Origin: an uncultured Pseudomonadales bacterium | Lineage (GTDB): Bacteria; Patescibacteriota; Microgenomatia; UBA1400; PJMF01 | Length of the DNA stretch: 64,000 nucleotides | Direction: 5' to 3' | NCBI GenBank assembly: GCA_964633875.1 | Contig: CAZWKL010000004.1 | Location: forward strand, 1,971-65,970 | Shown: piece by piece, positions 47,422 through 57,816 of the stretch | Numbering within the stretch: position 1 is the stretch's first letter | How the letters are laid out: every line of letters starts with the position of its first letter | The notes under the pieces: model-generated | The model's database searches: none | Seen by the model: only the letters and a program-made list of their open reading frames with translations | Told to the model about the DNA's origin: nothing | Program-made: the position numbers and the translations under genes

Positions 47422-48702
47422 ATGCAAAAAACCAGCAATCAAATTATCCGCACTGAGTTTGCCGCTGCCATCTCGCAAATTGCCAATGAGCGCAAGATCA
47501 GCGAAGACTCGATCTATGAAGCTATTGAACAGGCTTTGGTTTCTGCTTATCGCAAGCAGATGGGTCAACTTGAAGAAGAAAAATATTATTTTGTCCAACT
47601 GGATCGGGCCACTGGCGAGTCGAAAATTTTTGAAGCTCCGGTGACTGAGCGCGATGAAGAAACCGAAGAAATTTTAGCCTGGGATGAAACCAAAGCCATC
47701 GATGTGACCCCGGCCGGTTTTGGCCGGATTGCCGCCCAGACTGCCAAGCAGGTGATCCTGCAAAAAATCCGTGAGTCTGAAAAAGACCAAATTATTGCCG
47801 ATTACCAAGACAAATTGGGTGAGATTGTGACGGCGCAGGTGCTGAGAATGCAAGGCAGAAGCGTTATTCTCGATATTGGCCGCGGCCAGGGCATTATGCC
47901 CCCCGAAGAGCAGATGCGCGGCGAGTTTTACCGGGTTAATTCCAGAATTACAGTTTTAATCAAAGAAATCCGCGACACCCACCGCGGCCGGCAGATTTAC
48001 GTTTCCCGCTCTGAGAAAGCTCTGGTTGAGAAGCTTTTTGAGCGAGAAGTGCCGGAACTGGCGTCCGGCGCGGTGGAAATTGTCGGTATTGCCCGTGAAG
48101 CCGGGGTGAGAACCAAAATTGCTGTCCGCTCCACTCAGGAAGGTGTTGATCCGGTCGGCTCCTGTGTTGGTCAGAGAGGCGTGCGGGTCCAGGAAGTGAT
48201 TCGTGAGCTTAACAATGAAAAACTCGACATTATTCCCTGGTCTGAAGATGACAGCTTGTTGCTTCAAGGCGCTTTGGCTCCGGCTGAGGGTTTGGCAATC
48301 AAAATCAACGCCAAAGATCGCACTGCTATAGTTATTTCCCCGGACGATCAGCTGTCTTTGGCTATTGGCCGCGGTGGGCAAAATGTTCGCCTAGCTGCCA
48401 AACTCACTGGCTACAAAATTACCATCAAGTCTGCTGCCGGTGAGGTTGAATCAGAAGTCACTGGTGAAGAAGACTACGAAATTGACACTTTTGCAGGTAT
48501 TGATGCAGCTGCTCGAGAGTTTTTGGTCGAGTACAAGCTCACCACGCTTTCGGATCTTTCCAGGTTCAAAAACAAATGGCAAGAAGCCGAGGAAATCAGC
48601 GACAGCCAGAAAGAAATGCTCAACGAAAAAGTGCTCACCTTTGAAAAAGAAATGGAAGAAAGAGCCGCTAAAGGTGAAGAAGTAGACTTATCAGCGAAAT
48701 AA
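47422..48702 (+). CDS. nusA: Transcription termination/antitermination factor NusA
   Basis: Order of N-terminal domain, S1 and two KH domains, with KH motif SCVGQRGVRVQ. No rimP gene upstream. Confidence 0.9.
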   Translation: MQKTSNQIIRTEFAAAISQIANERKISEDSIYEAIEQALVSAYRKQMGQLEEEKYYFVQLDRATGESKIFEAPVTERDEETEEILAWDETKAIDVTPAGFGRIAAQTAKQVILQKIRESEKDQIIADYQDKLGEIVTAQVLRMQGRSVILDIGRGQGIMPPEEQMRGEFYRVNSRITVLIKEIRDTHRGRQIYVSRSEKALVEKLFEREVPELASGAVEIVGIAREAGVRTKIAVRSTQEGVDPVGSCVGQRGVRVQEVIRELNNEKLDIIPWSEDDSLLLQGALAPAEGLAIKINAKDRTAIVISPDDQLSLAIGRGGQNVRLAAKLTGYKITIKSAAGEVESEVTGEEDYEIDTFAGIDAAAREFLVEYKLTTLSDLSRFKNKWQEAEEISDSQKEMLNEKVLTFEKEMEERAAKGEEVDLSAK

Positions 48703-48709
48703 AAACATT

Positions 48710-50182
48710 ATGGCGCAGCAAAACAGACCACCAGTAATCACTATCATGGGCCATGTCGATCACGGCAAAACTACGCTCTTGGATTACATTAAAAAAACCA
48801 AGGTGGCTGCCGGTGAAGCCGGGGGTATTACCCAGCATATTGGCGCTTACAGCATTGAGTTTAACGGCAAGCCGATTACTTTTATCGACACACCCGGCCA
48901 CGCGGCTTTCAACAAAATGCGTGAGCGCGGCGCTCAAGTGACCGACCTGATTGTGCTAGTGGTAGCTGCCAACGATGGGGTTAAACCGCAAACGGTGGAG
49001 TCCATTCGCCACATCAAAACCAGCGGTGTGCCGTTTGTCGTGGCCATCAACAAGATGGATATGCCCGATGTCGACCCCAATCTTGCCAAATCTGAATTGG
49101 CCCAGCACGATGTTGTCATCACCGAGTACGGCGGCGATGTCGAAGCTATTGAAATTTCCGCCCTCAAAGGCACCAATGTAGACAAACTTTTGGAAACTCT
49201 GCTGGTTTTGGCAGAGCTGCAGGAGCTCAAGGCAGATCCGTCGGCCCCACTGGAAGCGGTGGTAATTGAAGCTTCCAAAACCCAGCACCGCGGTTTTGTG
49301 GCCACGGTGATAGTGCAACAAGGCACCCTTAAGACACGCCTGGATGTGATTGCGGGTGAAGTCACTGGCAGGGTCAAACAGTTGGCCGACGAGCTGGGCA
49401 ACTCAATTGACAACGTTTTGCCTGGTTTTCCGGCGGAAATTATGAGTTTTGACGCCGTGCCATCTGTGGGTTCGAGTGTGCGTGATCTCAACGCTCATTA
49501 CTCGGAGCCGGAGGAATCGGACGTGGCAGTTGAGAGCGATGAGCCCTGGGCGGATTTTAATTTTGGCGCCCTGGTGGAGTCGGCGGATCAGCCCAAGCTC
49601 AACTTAATTGTTAAAGCTGATGTTGACGGCACCCTGGAAGCGATTTTGCAAAATCTGGACGAAGAAAGCACCGAGCTGATTTCCTCTGGTGTAGGTGAAA
49701 TTACTGAGCGCGACTTGGATTTGGCTGAAACCAGCGGCGCCCTGATTATTTCTTTTCACTCCAAGGTTTCCGGCAAAATTAAACGCTTGGCCAAGGAGCG
49801 CGGGATCAAGATCAAGCAATACGACATTATTTATCAACTGATTGAAGATTTGCAGAAGCAAATGCTGAAATTGCTCGAGCCTACCATCGACGAAAAAGTA
49901 GTTGGTGAGGCAGAAATTTTGGAAATTTTTGAGATCAATGGCAATACAATTGCCGGTGTGAAGGTTAAAACCGGCGAAATTAAGAAAAATGACCGCCTAC
50001 ACCTGCTGCGCGATGGCGCCATTATCGCCAATCCGGTGATTCGCACCATGCAGCACGGCAAAGACGAAGTGGATCGTGTCACTGCCAAGAGCGAAGCCGG
50101 CGTTACTTTCAAGAACAAGAAGCTGGATTTTCAGGCAGGCGATCTTTTGACTGCTTACACCATTGAGGAAGATGAAGATTAA
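48710..50182 (+). CDS. infB: Translation initiation factor IF-2 (short form lacking the N-terminal domains)
   Basis: ITIMGHVDHGKTTLLD G-domain starts at residue 10. 490 aa. Confidence 0.9.
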   Translation: MAQQNRPPVITIMGHVDHGKTTLLDYIKKTKVAAGEAGGITQHIGAYSIEFNGKPITFIDTPGHAAFNKMRERGAQVTDLIVLVVAANDGVKPQTVESIRHIKTSGVPFVVAINKMDMPDVDPNLAKSELAQHDVVITEYGGDVEAIEISALKGTNVDKLLETLLVLAELQELKADPSAPLEAVVIEASKTQHRGFVATVIVQQGTLKTRLDVIAGEVTGRVKQLADELGNSIDNVLPGFPAEIMSFDAVPSVGSSVRDLNAHYSEPEESDVAVESDEPWADFNFGALVESADQPKLNLIVKADVDGTLEAILQNLDEESTELISSGVGEITERDLDLAETSGALIISFHSKVSGKIKRLAKERGIKIKQYDIIYQLIEDLQKQMLKLLEPTIDEKVVGEAEILEIFEINGNTIAGVKVKTGEIKKNDRLHLLRDGAIIANPVIRTMQHGKDEVDRVTAKSEAGVTFKNKKLDFQAGDLLTAYTIEEDED

Positions 50183-50491
50183 TTAGCTCGAAGAGTTTCT
50201 ATGGCGGCAGTGATTCGTAAGTTCATCAAGACTGGCCTGGAAAAGCAGCAAAAAAATCAAAACCAGAGCTTAAAAGTGATGAAAAATATCGCCAAACTAG
50301 AATTAAAAGGCGGCCCGAAAGACTTATCCACCAATCTCGACCACTATTTATACGGAGCTGCCAAACATGAGTAAAATTGCGTCAGATCAAGCAGCAAATG
50401 TTTATTTGCCAGCTTATCGTGAAAGTCTTGAGGAGAAATAATCTTCATTAAGATACATTCGGCCAATCTGTTCCTCAATGTCCTGCCGTAC

Positions 50492-52603
50492 CTACTCATA
50501 ACGCAGAGCATTGAGCGCCGAGATGCGGGTTGCTCTTTTGGCTGGATACCAACCGGTAAAGATCCCCACCATGATCGAGAGGAAAATGACTAACATGACG
50601 AAGCCAAGAGGAATGGCGGCTACGTCTAAAAAGCCCAACCCATGACTGACTGAAATGGTTGAGAGCAGCAAGCTCACCAGCTTGCCAGCCAGATAACCTA
50701 AGCCAATGCCCAGTACACCGCCATAAAAACCCATGATCATCGACTCAGTCAAGAAAAGCTCTTTGACTTCCCTTTCTTTCATACCCATAGCTTTCATTAG
50801 ACCAACCTCCCTGGTGCGCTCCAAGAGCGAGACAGTGAGGGTGTTGAACATGCCGAGCGCGGCGACCGTGAGAGCAACCATGCCAATCACTCCCATAATC
50901 AGGCGAAAGGTAGAGAAAAGGTTGTCGATTTGTGCCACCGTGTCGACCACCGAAACCGTGCCATAGCCCATAGCCTCGATAGTAGCCCGAACCTGAGGCA
51001 GCACCTCTTGGCTTGTAGTGATGATTTTGAGTTGCGAAAACCGGTTGATGCCCAAAGAACGCAACTCTGCAAAAGGCACGTAGATGACCGGCGTGTCCTC
51101 CTCTGGCGTGACCCCGACGATCTCGTATTGAGTAGGGACGGACTCGATCCGCTCTAGTTCTCCCTCAATCAACTCACCCACAGCCACAAAGCTCAAGCTG
51201 ATTTTTTGTCCAACAGCATTAGATTCCTCAAGGCCCAAAACGGATAAGACCGCTCGATTGACTACCGCCTGCCTCAGAGACCCGGGTGGCAACTCTACCA
51301 ACTTGGGTTGTTCGGTGGGTTCTATGGTGACCGAGTTCATATCGATTAGCTCCAGCGAGCCATCAGAATAATTGGGCGAGGTCTGAATGTTGGTACCAGT
51401 AGCGGTTCCGGCAGCAGCGCTGGTACCAGTACCGGACAAGGCGGGAGTGCTGGCCGCCGCCGAGTCAAGCTGTGTTTCCAGGCCGGTCAGAACTTGCAAA
51501 TTAAGCTGGGCTACAAACCCAACCATCACCAGCGGATTATCAGCCGAGTCTAACATCGGGATGTAGCTGCCGGCCTCACAATTCGGATGATATTCTAGTT
51601 GCTCCGCGGCGGACGCCGCGGCATCATTGCTGCAAGGCGACTGCCGCCACAAAGGAAAACTCGCGCGAATCCAGACGGCCAGGGGTTGATCGGCGCTGCC
51701 AGCTTGGGGGCCGGTATAGCCTGCAAAATAATCCCCGTACACGGCAGTGCCGGTGAAATCGGCCTCACCTACTCTGGTGTAGCCCAAGACTTGTTCGTTG
51801 GTAGAAGGGCCGCCGCGGACTCTGATCCAACTACCTGGATTGATGCTAAAGCTCACTGGCCCAATTTCTTGGCTGAAGCTGGCTTCAAGCACGGCAGGGG
51901 CATCATCGGCTTGAGTTTCTACTTCACCTTCACTGGTGACTGTTAATTCTTCTATAGGGCTGACTACTTCGTGACTTTCAAAGATTTTTCCTTGCACTGG
52001 TTGAATAGCAGAGTTGGTTAGGTACGCCGTTGTGACGCCGTAAACCGCCAAATCAGTTACGGATTCATGGAGAGAAGCTCTGCCCACCACACTAATGAGC
52101 GGCAAAGCCTCTTGCACTGTTGGCAGGTTGGTAAATCTAGCCAAAACCTCATCATTGAGAGCCAGTTCATCACTCAAGCCCGGCACTACCTCGGCTTGGC
52201 TCAGTTCTTCCAGTCGCGCTACTCGGCTAGTGACTAAGTGTTGCAAACCGTAGCCCACCGACACCAAGAAAACAATAAAAGCCACGCCAATAGCCATGCC
52301 GCCGATAGTAATGGCGGTACGGGTACTTTTGGATCGCATGTTGCGAAACGACAGCTCAATGAGATAGCCGCGACTGAGGGTGCCGTTACTACCATCTAGT
52401 TGGTGATTGAGGCGGTCATAGAGCTTGTTGGCGGCGCGCTCGAAAATAGTGAATGGCCTGGTCCACCAGGCTTTAGAGGTGGTGAGCGCGACCGCAAAGA
52501 CTTTGAGCGAATAAGCAATCACCAGGAGCAAAAAACTGGTACTGCGCCGCAAGACCTTGATTAGACGACTAATTCTGCTGGTAAAGATGTTGATAAACTG
52601 CAT
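50492..52603 (-). CDS. ABC transporter permease, FtsX/MacB-like, with a large extracytoplasmic domain
   Basis: N-terminal TM, a periplasmic region of about 450 aa, and a C-terminal FtsX-type four-TM domain. Confidence 0.75.
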   Translation of the reverse strand: MQFINIFTSRISRLIKVLRRSTSFLLLVIAYSLKVFAVALTTSKAWWTRPFTIFERAANKLYDRLNHQLDGSNGTLSRGYLIELSFRNMRSKSTRTAITIGGMAIGVAFIVFLVSVGYGLQHLVTSRVARLEELSQAEVVPGLSDELALNDEVLARFTNLPTVQEALPLISVVGRASLHESVTDLAVYGVTTAYLTNSAIQPVQGKIFESHEVVSPIEELTVTSEGEVETQADDAPAVLEASFSQEIGPVSFSINPGSWIRVRGGPSTNEQVLGYTRVGEADFTGTAVYGDYFAGYTGPQAGSADQPLAVWIRASFPLWRQSPCSNDAAASAAEQLEYHPNCEAGSYIPMLDSADNPLVMVGFVAQLNLQVLTGLETQLDSAAASTPALSGTGTSAAAGTATGTNIQTSPNYSDGSLELIDMNSVTIEPTEQPKLVELPPGSLRQAVVNRAVLSVLGLEESNAVGQKISLSFVAVGELIEGELERIESVPTQYEIVGVTPEEDTPVIYVPFAELRSLGINRFSQLKIITTSQEVLPQVRATIEAMGYGTVSVVDTVAQIDNLFSTFRLIMGVIGMVALTVAALGMFNTLTVSLLERTREVGLMKAMGMKEREVKELFLTESMIMGFYGGVLGIGLGYLAGKLVSLLLSTISVSHGLGFLDVAAIPLGFVMLVIFLSIMVGIFTGWYPAKRATRISALNALRYE

Positions 52604-52604
52604 T

Positions 52605-53387
52605 TTATAAATCCTCGACGATTTGGTTGGTTAATGGCGGCTTGCCGCCAGCGCGTTTCAAGTCGTTGCTTTTACTTTTCCTCGCAGCGGGATTGGTGAG
52701 TTCTTGAATAATTTCTCCATCCAGCATCTCCAAAGCTCTTTTAGCAAAACTTAAATACTCCAGGTCATGGGTGACCATAATGATGGTTTTCCCTTGGCTA
52801 TTTAGATCTTTAAGCAATTTCATCAGTTGCCGGCCGGACTCATAATCGAGGTTGCCGGTTGGCTCATCAGCGATGAGGATGGTTGGATCAGTGACAATGG
52901 CTCTAGCCAAGGCCACCCGCTGTTGTTGGCCGGAAGAAAGCTCGGTGGGGATATAGTCGCTCCAGTCCACCATGCCCACTTGTTCCAGGGCGGTGTGAGC
53001 TTTTGCCGCTGCTGCCGGCTCGGTTAGGCCAGTGAGGCGCAGAGCAAACATCACATTTTCTTTGGCAGTGAGTGACTTAATCCAGTTTGGCTGCTGATAA
53101 ACCATGCCGATTTGGTGTTTGCGCAGTTCAGCTCGATCATCTTCTGTCAAGTTATCGTAAAGCGACTGACCTTGAAAAACCACCTTGCCGCTGGTGGGTT
53201 GCTCCAGTCCCAAAATGGTATGGAGCAAGGTGGATTTGCCGCAACCGGACGGGCCAAAAATGACCAAAAATTCACCAGTTCTGACGGCAAAATTGATATT
53301 TTTTAGCACCGTCACCGCTTGAGACTTGACGGAAAAGGTTTTGCCCAGGGTTTGTGCTGAAATAATGTCGGTATGATGAGTTGGCAT
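52605..53387 (-). CDS. ABC transporter ATP-binding protein (MacB/LolD family)
   Basis: Walker [10 protein letters not shown], signature LSGGQQQRVA, Walker B ILIADEPT. Confidence 0.85.
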   Translation of the reverse strand: MPTHHTDIISAQTLGKTFSVKSQAVTVLKNINFAVRTGEFLVIFGPSGCGKSTLLHTILGLEQPTSGKVVFQGQSLYDNLTEDDRAELRKHQIGMVYQQPNWIKSLTAKENVMFALRLTGLTEPAAAAKAHTALEQVGMVDWSDYIPTELSSGQQQRVALARAIVTDPTILIADEPTGNLDYESGRQLMKLLKDLNSQGKTIIMVTHDLEYLSFAKRALEMLDGEIIQELTNPAARKSKSNDLKRAGGKPPLTNQIVEDL

Positions 53388-53435
53388 ATCAGTTTTCTGG
53401 CGCTACTGCCATTTCCGGTGCTACTGTCTTAGGCG

Positions 53436-56400
53436 CTACTGCCTCAACAGCCCCAAAAAGCTGAAGGCAGAAGCTAGATTTTCAATGACTAAATCGAAGG
53501 CTGATCGGGTAGCTTTGGGCGCGATAGTGGTGACGTCAATACTGCGAGCTTCGTTGCCGGCGGCGTCTTTGGTAATGGCCCGCAGATGATAAACTTGGCT
53601 GGGTGTGAGCCCAGAGATAATGACGGTGTGGTTGGTGGTGAGGTTGCCGTCTTCTTGAGTTTTTTGGCTGTAGCTGCCGCCGGTACCGGCCCCAAACTCG
53701 ACTTGCGAAGTGGCTGGTTCGTCAGTATCCCAGGTGACAACCAACTGAGCCTTGATGTCTCCAGCCGCAAAGCCCACTGGTGGGATAGTACCGCCAATTA
53801 CCTTGAGGTTGATAATCTGCGGCGGCCTGGTATCGGTAGCAGTAGTGAAGTTGAAGGTGTCGGAAACGGCTTCGTTGCCAGCTCGATCTCTACCCTTGAC
53901 CACCAACTGATATTGCTGTTGGGGCAGCAAACCGGAAACTGTCATTTGGTGCTCGCCGCCTCTGAGTTCAACATTAACTTCATCCCGGGCGGCGCTAGCC
54001 TGACCAGTTGGATAGTAACTTACCACTGAGGACATGGGTGTATTGACACTCCAGCTCACCAGCACCGTTGTCTGGGCACTGCCGGCAATTTCCTGCAAGC
54101 GGACATTGCTGATGCGCGGACGCGGCATAGTTTCAAAAGTCAAAGCCTGACCTTCATACTCAAAGCCTTCGCTGTCTACAGGATTAACCTTGTAGTAGTA
54201 GAGGCTGCCATCCTCAAGTTCTGTGAGTTCAGTAGTGAGGGTGACTTCTTCTCTGGAGGTGGCCACTTCTAACATCCCGCCAAAAGCAGTGCTTCTGCCG
54301 TAGTAAATCTTGACGCTGCTGGCTCCCTTAACAGTGTAGCGTAAAATGGCGTTACTCAGGCCAATTTGAGTGGCTTGAGGATCAGTGACAGTTGGTGCGC
54401 TTTCGGTTGTAAATCTTTTTTCTTCACTCTTGCCAGTGTTGCCGTCCTCATCTGTCCAGCGCGCTTGGTAATAGTAAGTTGTGCCAGGCAATAAATTAGT
54501 TAAGTTAATTTTGTGATCGGTTACTTGAGAGGAGTTGGAAGGCTCTTCATCAAAATAATCGCCCGATTTGGTGCCGTAAGCGATTTTGGAATCACTGTCA
54601 CGGTTGGTAGTCCAGATAATTTCGGCTTTTCTGGTGGTAATGGTTTTCACCTCTGGGCCGGAAGTAAGTTTGGCCGGATCAGAAAAACTACCTTTGGGTG
54701 TGAGGGCCACCGCGTTGGTGTAGGAAGGGTTGGCAATTGAGTCGGCACTGGTGTCACTGGTGCCGATGCGCCAGAAGTATTGACGTGAGTCATCCACGGT
54801 ATCGACATAGGCGGTGCCTGAGGTAGTAGTGATAGTCGTCCATGATTGGCCATCTGATGAGCGCTGGATGGTGTAGGTTAAGTCTCCGGTACCTCGATAA
54901 TCAGGATGATCCCAGGCCAGTGAGGCTCGCCAGAGAGAGGCGGCCTTGATTGAGGCGTCGGAAGCGGTAAGATTTTTGGCTGGATCAGGAAGGTCGGAAT
55001 CTAGAGTGAAATTACCGAAAATAAAGTTACTGGATGAGTAATTGTCTTCATCGTCTACCGCCACAACTCGGACGATGTTGTTGTCTTTTTGAACTCCTGG
55101 CAACATACCGGCAGCAACCGAGGTGCTAGTGGTAGGAATGTAGGTACCAGGATTGTTGCGGAGAGTGGCCAGCGTTACCGGCGGGGTGGTGTTGATCATA
55201 TAAAAGTATTGGGCTACAGTCTGTCCTTCGTCCGGTTGGGCTGCCGGCCAGGAAAGAGCAAACTCGTTGCTGGTGTTGATGTTGGGGGTGACGGTGACGA
55301 CAGCTCCTCCCTCAAAAATTGGCGCGTCACCGCCATAAGCCAGGCTGCCGGTGCGGTAGGTAGCGGGCGGAGAGGTGTTACCCGCTTCATCAACGGTTCT
55401 AAAGTAAATGATATTATCACCAATTTCGATCAAATCTCCATCCCGCTCGTCGGTCAGGTAGTAAGGTTGTTCCAAATTCAAGGCCGGGATAAAGTCGATA
55501 CCGAGTGTCGGATGAGTTTCACTGCCAAGCCAAGTATCGGTGTCCTTGATAGCATACTGCCACCCGAGCACGCCGGAATGTACATCACTGCTGGCCGCGC
55601 TGGCCGCGGGAGGATTAGTCGGCCAGGAAAAGTTCATGTCGGCGACGTTGTTGAAGGTCCCGGAGGCAGGATTAATAAAAGCGACATTATTAGGCGCCAC
55701 GCTATCAAAAGAGAAGCTCAGGCTGGCAGCAGCAGCACCGCCGCTCTCACCCTGATTGTAGGTATTGCCAGCCTGATCAATAGCTTTAATGCGCAGATGA
55801 TAGGTTGTCCCGTTTACAAAACTGCTAGCCAGGTAATCTCCGGCTGACAAGTCCAGGCTGGTGCCGGCCACTATAAACTGGCAGGGTGTACCAACAGTGT
55901 CTAGGGGTGAGTTGATTAGCAGGCCAGAGGTGCCCGCTTCACTCACATGGTTTCCCGGATCGGCGTCTGCTTCAGTACCAAGGTACAGACAGTAGCCTTT
56001 CAAACCTGTGCCAGCCTCATCGTCAGCGCCAGAGTCCCAGCTAAAGTACGGCGCAAAGCTGTTCGACCAGCCCCCATTGAGAATGATGTGGCCGCTGTCT
56101 GCTGATTGCATACTAATGTTGCTGGCATTTACCTCTGGTTCAACTGTGTCTATAGGCAGATCAGCGTCGATACTCACCCCCGGACTAGTAAAGTTGATCC
56201 AGCCTATGTCCTCGGAAAAGCCGTAGCCACTGAAAGTGCCGGTGTCCAGATCTATAGTTACATTGCTGTTGTAATCGCTAAAATCCAGATAGGCGGCGGT
56301 ATTCAACACGTAAGCTTTGCCCGCCAACAAACCAGTGTCTGGATCGTAAGTAACTGGGCCACTCGGGTTGTTGTCCGCTCCAAAAGCCACCCAGCCTAAG

Positions 56401-56636
56401 TCTTCCGAAAAGACATAGCCGGAAAACTTATGATGGGTCATGTTGATGTAAACTTGAGAGTTGTATTCGTCAAAATCCAGGAAGGCGCCAGTGTTTTCGA
56501 CTAAAGCTCGGCCAGTGACAGGAAAACTGGCCGCATGGACCAAAGGGCGAACCAAAAAGACCAACGCCAAAGCAGCCAACAAAAAAGCAGCGCTGGCCAC
56601 ATAGCGAACCCTGGTGTTTAGTAACACAAATAACAC
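53436..56636 (-). CDS. Large secreted/surface protein with N-terminal duplicated YLDF..YNS..FSGY.FSED.GW repeats and multiple fibronectin-III-like domains
   Basis: 1066 aa with a signal peptide. Internal repeats (AFLDFDEYNSQVYI...FSGYVFSEDLGWVAF and AYLDFSDYNSNVTI...FSGYGFSEDIGWINF). The Thr/Ser-rich beta-domain composition typical of Fn3. Confidence 0.6.
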   Translation of the reverse strand: MLFVLLNTRVRYVASAAFLLAALALVFLVRPLVHAASFPVTGRALVENTGAFLDFDEYNSQVYINMTHHKFSGYVFSEDLGWVAFGADNNPSGPVTYDPDTGLLAGKAYVLNTAAYLDFSDYNSNVTIDLDTGTFSGYGFSEDIGWINFTSPGVSIDADLPIDTVEPEVNASNISMQSADSGHIILNGGWSNSFAPYFSWDSGADDEAGTGLKGYCLYLGTEADADPGNHVSEAGTSGLLINSPLDTVGTPCQFIVAGTSLDLSAGDYLASSFVNGTTYHLRIKAIDQAGNTYNQGESGGAAAASLSFSFDSVAPNNVAFINPASGTFNNVADMNFSWPTNPPAASAASSDVHSGVLGWQYAIKDTDTWLGSETHPTLGIDFIPALNLEQPYYLTDERDGDLIEIGDNIIYFRTVDEAGNTSPPATYRTGSLAYGGDAPIFEGGAVVTVTPNINTSNEFALSWPAAQPDEGQTVAQYFYMINTTPPVTLATLRNNPGTYIPTTSTSVAAGMLPGVQKDNNIVRVVAVDDEDNYSSSNFIFGNFTLDSDLPDPAKNLTASDASIKAASLWRASLAWDHPDYRGTGDLTYTIQRSSDGQSWTTITTTSGTAYVDTVDDSRQYFWRIGTSDTSADSIANPSYTNAVALTPKGSFSDPAKLTSGPEVKTITTRKAEIIWTTNRDSDSKIAYGTKSGDYFDEEPSNSSQVTDHKINLTNLLPGTTYYYQARWTDEDGNTGKSEEKRFTTESAPTVTDPQATQIGLSNAILRYTVKGASSVKIYYGRSTAFGGMLEVATSREEVTLTTELTELEDGSLYYYKVNPVDSEGFEYEGQALTFETMPRPRISNVRLQEIAGSAQTTVLVSWSVNTPMSSVVSYYPTGQASAARDEVNVELRGGEHQMTVSGLLPQQQYQLVVKGRDRAGNEAVSDTFNFTTATDTRPPQIINLKVIGGTIPPVGFAAGDIKAQLVVTWDTDEPATSQVEFGAGTGGSYSQKTQEDGNLTTNHTVIISGLTPSQVYHLRAITKDAAGNEARSIDVTTIAPKATRSAFDLVIENLASAFSFLGLLRQ

Positions 56637-56860
56637 AACTCCAGCTTAACATAGAATAAAAAGGGAATTCAAGGCGAAATTGCACTATATTTTTGCTGAT
56701 CCCGCCCAGGATTATTTTTACAAAGGCGATCCTCGGCTCAAGCAATTAGTCCCCAAACAAAAATCGCTCTTTGGCAATCTCAGTAGCCAATTGGAAGCAC
56801 TTTCGTCTGGCTAATAAACGAAACTGGACAAAGAAACAGAAAAAATGATATGTTATCTTT

Positions 56861-57709
56861 ATGAGAGAGAGAAAGCCTCATTACTTGCGTTGGTTGGTGT
56901 TGGGTGTGGTCTTTGTGGGCCTAGCTTTGCTTGGGTATCGGAGTATTGGTGTCTGGGCAGAGCAACTTGGTGATCCGGCCTACACTCCGGAGTCTGGTCA
57001 AGATAGCCGCCTCAAGCAACTGAGCGACGAGTTAGCGGGTCTCAATTATGGTTCAGAAACAGTTGGCTCCGAGGATGACTGGGGCGCGTACTGGAACCGC
57101 ATCCGCTCAGCAGCACAGACGCCTTTTAATGGCGCTCTAGCGCTAGGAGTCACTAATGGTGGCAATTCCGATTATCCTGCAACAACGGGTGGTATTAGTG
57201 ATACCAGCCCCTTGCCAGATGGCAGTTACCGCAGTGATTGGCTGGAGTGTAATAGCGGCAATGATTACTGCGGGCTTGACGATGAGGGCGGTAACATTGC
57301 CGATATGCTGGATCAGCATACTGGCCTAATTTGGTCTGAACGCATTGCTACAGCAGACAACTGGTTTACTGCCAATAACTGCCACCAGCCGGAAACAGAG
57401 GAGAACCCCGGTACTTGTGTTGGTAATACTGATTCAGCCTGCAAGTGTGTCAAAAAAGAAACAGCTAAAACGGGCTGTGAATCTCGGGTTGAAAATGGTG
57501 GCGGCTGGCGCTTGCCCCACCAAAAAGAGCTGATGTTGGCTTATATTCATGGGTCAGCTGCAGTCTTGAGTGATCCAGCCAACCAGTACTGGTCTAGTAC
57601 TACGGTCTTTGGTAGCGCCCAACATGCTTCGATCACTTCCCTCAGCAATGGCAACACCTTCAACGCCGTTAAGGCAACTGCTCCTCGGGCGGTTAGGTGC
57701 GTTCGCTAG
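56861..57709 (+). CDS. DUF1566 (Lcl C-terminal domain) secreted protein
   Basis: Signal-anchor, then GGWRLPHQKELMLAY...YWSSTT...AVRCVR, the DUF1566 pattern (WRLP..EL, YWSST, VRCVR terminus). Confidence 0.55.
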   Translation: MRERKPHYLRWLVLGVVFVGLALLGYRSIGVWAEQLGDPAYTPESGQDSRLKQLSDELAGLNYGSETVGSEDDWGAYWNRIRSAAQTPFNGALALGVTNGGNSDYPATTGGISDTSPLPDGSYRSDWLECNSGNDYCGLDDEGGNIADMLDQHTGLIWSERIATADNWFTANNCHQPETEENPGTCVGNTDSACKCVKKETAKTGCESRVENGGGWRLPHQKELMLAYIHGSAAVLSDPANQYWSSTTVFGSAQHASITSLSNGNTFNAVKATAPRAVRCVR

Positions 57710-57816
57710 CTCAGGCCTTTATAATTTGTGGCCTGACTGAGTGGTAGCGAAGGAAGGCTTTTGACCAGCCTGGGCGGCAGCGTTAGCTGCAGCGAGGCGG
57801 GTTTTTTTATTTTTTT

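Noticed and set aside
47250-47598. Minus-strand ORFs 47250..47438 and 47398..47598 in the nusA upstream region and nusA 5' end
   Set aside because: They overlap the nusA start and the divergent promoter region, with no RBS or homology.
53489-56399. Internal and antisense ORFs within the 1066-aa surface-protein gene
   Set aside because: They are nested within a single long ORF with a signal peptide and consistent repeat/domain structure.
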